Source of the DNA: an uncultured Bacteroidales bacterium
GTDB taxonomy: Bacteria > Bacteroidota > Bacteroidia > Bacteroidales > FEN-979
DNA length: 62,483 nt
Direction of reading: 5' to 3'
Assembly: GCA_903824935.1 (NCBI GenBank)
Contig: CAIJYT010000149.1
Coordinates: 1-62,483 of the forward strand
The notes under the pieces are model-generated. The model was not told where the DNA came from. It did no database searches and was given only the letters and a program-made list of their open reading frames with translations. Shown here piece by piece: positions 59,124 through 62,483 of this stretch (the first letter of the stretch is position 1; each line of letters starts with the position of its first letter). The position numbers and the translations under genes are program-made.

Positions 59124-60251
59124 CCCTCTTCCGCCGGTGAGGACACTGTAAATTTTCGGAGACAGGAAACGAAGAATAAATCCTGAGATAATACAAAACC
59201 CGATGACTATTATTGGAAGCAGGATAAAAGCTGCCAGGTGGAAGGCGGGCATGGGTTCAAGAAGGGACAGAAAAGGGGTTATGACATACGCGATCAGGGG
59301 GGTATGCAATGCGTAAATAATAAATGCGAAAGCGCTCAGCCAGGTGAACCAGGGGCGTTTCATGCACCATCTTACAATGGGATCCAGGCCGTACCAGCAT
59401 GCTATGAGTCCGCTGAGAACAACTATTTTATGCATCAGGGTCAGGACAGGAAATACAGCACCGCCAAGTAAGGGCTGACCTTTCCAGGCCAGGAAGGTTT
59501 TTATAAATGCAAAAGAGACGAACACCATGCCCCATATTGCGGGTTTCAGCGGCGATGAGTGGTTTTCTATATTGAAGCTGTTCTTCTGCATCCATATCCC
59601 AAGGGAAAAGAAAAGCAGGCCTTCACCTTCAATCAGTCCGACATTGATCGTAGCCAGCCATAAAAGGACTGCAAAAGAAAAGAAGATCCAGCGCCCGATC
59701 CGGTTCATGATGCACCAGCGTATTCCGGGGTAAGCAAGGTTATAAATAAACAGCACGCGGATGAACCACAGCTGGTATGGTACGGGAAGAATGATCCATC
59801 GCGCCAGCAGCTCATACCATTTGTAATCATGAAGCAACATCCTGGTATTGTCGATCTGGACCACATGCGAATCAGAGACCAGGGCACGGCTCCAGGGGAA
59901 TAGTTCAAGGCTGTAGGTGAAAATAAGTCCAAGCGCACTCCATATCAGGTAGGGAAGGAACAGGGTGCGAAACCTTTTACCCGCACGTGATTTGTACGGG
60001 CGGTCATCATGCATTGCAAAAAGGTAGCCCGAGATGATGAACAGCATGGGTATCCTGAAACGGAAGATCCCGTTTGCCAGGAAATATTCGATAAAACCTG
60101 AAATTGAAAACGGTTCGCCCGGAAGGGTCCAGGGCTGCAGGAAACGTTCCTGCATATTGTAACCATGCACAAACACAAGCAGCACCATGGAAACAAAGGA
60201 CCAGAACCTGAATTTGCTGCTTACAAAAGGATTAATGGCCGTGGCGCTCAT
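59118..60251 (-). CDS. Acyltransferase family 3 (OafA-like) membrane protein
   Basis: VFVH, FRIPMLFIISGYLF, KRFRTLFLPYLIW, LWFIR, IYALH; start set at ATG 60251. Confidence 0.85.
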   Translation of the reverse strand: MSATAINPFVSSKFRFWSFVSMVLLVFVHGYNMQERFLQPWTLPGEPFSISGFIEYFLANGIFRFRIPMLFIISGYLFAMHDDRPYKSRAGKRFRTLFLPYLIWSALGLIFTYSLELFPWSRALVSDSHVVQIDNTRMLLHDYKWYELLARWIILPVPYQLWFIRVLFIYNLAYPGIRWCIMNRIGRWIFFSFAVLLWLATINVGLIEGEGLLFFSLGIWMQKNSFNIENHSSPLKPAIWGMVFVSFAFIKTFLAWKGQPLLGGAVFPVLTLMHKIVVLSGLIACWYGLDPIVRWCMKRPWFTWLSAFAFIIYALHTPLIAYVITPFLSLLEPMPAFHLAAFILLPIIVIGFCIISGFILRFLSPKIYSVLTGGRGM

Positions 60252-60350
60252 ATGCTTCAAGTAAAGAACCCTTAATTTTTTCCTCAAAACTCCTGAATAA
60301 AGCCAGGTGTAAGGAAAAATTAAGGGTTCCCTGTTTAGCGTATTGCAGGA

Positions 60351-61133
60351 TTACTGCAAGGTAAATTTGATAGGTAAATTAAACTGTACACGTACAGGTT
60401 GTCCGCGTTGTTTACCAGGACCCCATTTGGGCATGGCTTTAACAATACGGATTGCTTCTTCGTCGCAACCGCCGCCGATACCACGTTTCACAACCGCGTT
60501 ACTGGTTGACCCATCAGGTTCAACAACGAAAGAAACGAATACACGTCCCTGGATTCCAAGTTCTTTGGCTTCTTCAGGATATTTCAGGTTTTCACCCAGC
60601 CATTTGTAAAGGGCAGCTTCACCGCCCGGGAAAGTAGGAGGCTCCTCAACGATCAGGAAAACCTCTGCTTCCACTTTCTGTTCAATTACCTGTGTCTTTA
60701 CCTCTTTTTCCTCTACCTGAACTTCTTCACTGGGAGCTTCGTTGTTTTTGTTCTGGTTCAGAAGGTCCTGTTTACCGAAATCCGATTCCACATTAGTGTC
60801 TTCAACAACCTTTGGGGCCGTGAACTTTACTTTTTCCACTAAAGCTTCAGGCGGTGGTGGGGGTGGCGGAGGAGGTGGCAGATCTTCTTTGGGCATGTTC
60901 AGCATCTCGGCCGTTACCGATTTCTCCTTTTCCCTGAGCAGCTTTTCCTTATTCAGGTATGCATTGATCAATGGATAGGCAGCGGCGGAGAAAAGGACGA
61001 GGATGCCAACAATCAAAGAAATCGTAAGATACCGGCGGTATTTCTTTCGAAGTACATACGAGCCGTATTCCTTATTACGGTTCTTGAAGACGATTTCCTC
61101 CAGCGATTCTACACGCTGATTTTCAAGTGCCAT
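60351..61133 (-). CDS. tonB: Energy transducer TonB
   Basis: FKNRNKEYGSY.LRK, TM helix, poly-Pro, TonB_C PTFPGG...GRVFVSFVVE.DG...GQPVRVQFNLPIKF. Confidence 0.93.
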   Translation of the reverse strand: MALENQRVESLEEIVFKNRNKEYGSYVLRKKYRRYLTISLIVGILVLFSAAAYPLINAYLNKEKLLREKEKSVTAEMLNMPKEDLPPPPPPPPPPEALVEKVKFTAPKVVEDTNVESDFGKQDLLNQNKNNEAPSEEVQVEEKEVKTQVIEQKVEAEVFLIVEEPPTFPGGEAALYKWLGENLKYPEEAKELGIQGRVFVSFVVEPDGSTSNAVVKRGIGGGCDEEAIRIVKAMPKWGPGKQRGQPVRVQFNLPIKFTLQ

Positions 61134-61162
61134 ACGGTCTGTGTTTAAATGTCATTAAAAAT

Positions 61163-61804
61163 TTATTTCGGAGCATTTTTCAGCATGTCTTTTTCAACCG
61201 AGTTGATATCTACAATAGCATAACTGGCGATATTGCAGATAGCCATCTCATCGATAATGTTGACAATGTCCTTGTACTTTGCTTTATCATCAGCCTTGAT
61301 CAGGACGATGGGACCTTTTTTATCGTCCTTTTTCATCCTCTTGATCTCGTTGTCGAGTGTTGTATCAGACACCACTATTTTACCTGTAACGCGTTTATCA
61401 CGGTATTCAGCGATCTTTGTGAACAGGTCGCGGTTCTTGTCCAGCAAGATTTTACGGATTCCGTCTTTGCTGAAATTGGTTTTGATCAGCATAGGCAGAG
61501 GGGGTTTTTTTGGATCGGCCATACCGATGTAATAATACACCTTGTCGCCTTCCGAAAGGATGATATTAAGGGTGCGGAAAGCCGCGATCTGTGGCTTGTC
61601 TTTATCCTTATCCTTCGTGTCTTCCTTATCGGGCATGGTGATGACCATTACTTTTGCCTTGCTGAAAGCAGTGGTAAGCATAAAGAAGGTGATCAGCAAA
61701 CACATCAGGTCGACCATTGGGGTCATATCGATACGTGTGCCATGCTTCTTCGCTTTACGCTTTCCACCCTTTTTACCTTTTTCTTCTTGAATTATTTCGG
61801 CCAT
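61163..61804 (-). CDS. exbD: Biopolymer transporter ExbD
   Basis: IDMTPMVDL..LLITFFML, VLIKAD..AKY. Confidence 0.9.
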   Translation of the reverse strand: MAEIIQEEKGKKGGKRKAKKHGTRIDMTPMVDLMCLLITFFMLTTAFSKAKVMVITMPDKEDTKDKDKDKPQIAAFRTLNIILSEGDKVYYYIGMADPKKPPLPMLIKTNFSKDGIRKILLDKNRDLFTKIAEYRDKRVTGKIVVSDTTLDNEIKRMKKDDKKGPIVLIKADDKAKYKDIVNIIDEMAICNIASYAIVDINSVEKDMLKNAPK

Positions 61805-61835
61805 ATAGGATTTTCTTAAACGTTATGGTTTCTCA

Positions 61836-62480
61836 TTACTTCGCTGCAGCAGGAATATCCTTCACGGAAATTTCCTGTTTCTGCAGGTTGGTAACGAGAT
61901 TAAATTTATTCACCTTGTTATCCTGTAACAAGTCCATGACCTTCTTGACTATCTTATAGTCTGTATCTGCATCTCCCTTGATGGCGACTTCGGCCCCGAC
62001 ATTTGTCAGTCGGGCTTCACGTACCCACCATGCAAGCTGGTTATCTGTTGAATCCATTGGGATGCCTGTTTGCAGCTTATCCTTGTCTTTTGTTTCCTTC
62101 GTATTGAGCCATGTTTTCAGGTCCTTTATAGGTAATCCAAATGATGACATCGTCCCGAACTTAGCTATTTCAACCTTGGTGAACTTTATCTTGTATTGTT
62201 CCCCAATTTTTTCAAGCAGCTTACTGCGGAAATGTGTTGAAGTATCCCTCCCGTTGTCGATATTGAAAAACACCTTACCGTCCTTGGAAATGAAGATGGT
62301 CATGAGATCAGCATCCGGAGCCGTTTTCTCTGAAACGGATTGGGGTGTGGTGATCACTGCCGCCTCCTGGGGCCGGAATGATGCCGTAAGCAACAGAAAG
62401 ATCAGAAGCACAGAAAACAAGTCCACCATGGGTGTCATGTCTATATGCGGTGTTCTAACCGGTGGTTTTATCTTTGGCAT
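61836..62480 (-). CDS. exbD: Biopolymer transporter ExbD
   Basis: IDMTPMVDLFSVLLIFLLL, AIKGD...Y..VKKVMD. Confidence 0.9.
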   Translation of the reverse strand: MPKIKPPVRTPHIDMTPMVDLFSVLLIFLLLTASFRPQEAAVITTPQSVSEKTAPDADLMTIFISKDGKVFFNIDNGRDTSTHFRSKLLEKIGEQYKIKFTKVEIAKFGTMSSFGLPIKDLKTWLNTKETKDKDKLQTGIPMDSTDNQLAWWVREARLTNVGAEVAIKGDADTDYKIVKKVMDLLQDNKVNKFNLVTNLQKQEISVKDIPAAAK

Positions 62481-62483
62481 GGA

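Noticed and set aside
60851-60879. G-rich trinucleotide-like run
   Set aside because: Encodes the normal poly-proline linker of TonB
61127-61819. 230-aa + strand ORF (likewise 11491-12159 and the many short overlapping ORFs)
   Set aside because: Antisense or alternate-frame shadows of well-supported genes

Overview
A 62.5-kb, gene-dense chromosomal segment of a Bacteroidota bacterium, probably an environmental Bacteroidales. The assignment rests on T9SS C-terminal sorting domains, TAnnTTTG -7 promoters and an exbD-exbD-tonB cluster. No rRNA, tRNA, CRISPR array or intact transposase was found. Left to right: a YbiT-like ABC-F ATPase; a T9SS cargo protein; a hicAB module with a doubly frameshifted toxin; a complete 14-subunit nuoA-N operon (short NuoG, apparent +1 indel at the nuoE 5' end); housekeeping, stress and transport genes (TM2/DUF2752, cstA, ROK plus mannose-6-P-isomerase-like pair, AKR, ltaE, osmC, a secreted acidic repeat protein, aqpZ, C1 protease, MFS, TfoX_N, DAACS symporter, YciI, acyltransferase, acyl-CoA ligase, ABC-2 exporter); a ~15-kb + strand locus (propeller sensor kinase, NarL-type regulator, T9SS propeller protein, beta-barrel, 1939-aa TANFOR-like protein, FN3 protein); an hdrCBA-flxDCBA electron-bifurcation operon; an acyltransferase; and tonB-exbD-exbD. 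The most notable signals are: (1) the uncharacterised barrel/TANFOR/FN3 envelope system, with a shared 18-bp box placed identically in front of the regulator and the cargo operon; (2) about ten degenerate 7-/8-nt tandem arrays, often as inverted pairs, at gene junctions and in frame inside nuoL, ROK and flxB; (3) Rex-like palindromes at both the nuo and hdr-flx promoters; (4) a candidate antisense-oriented sRNA. Family calls come from motif recognition only; no database searches were run.
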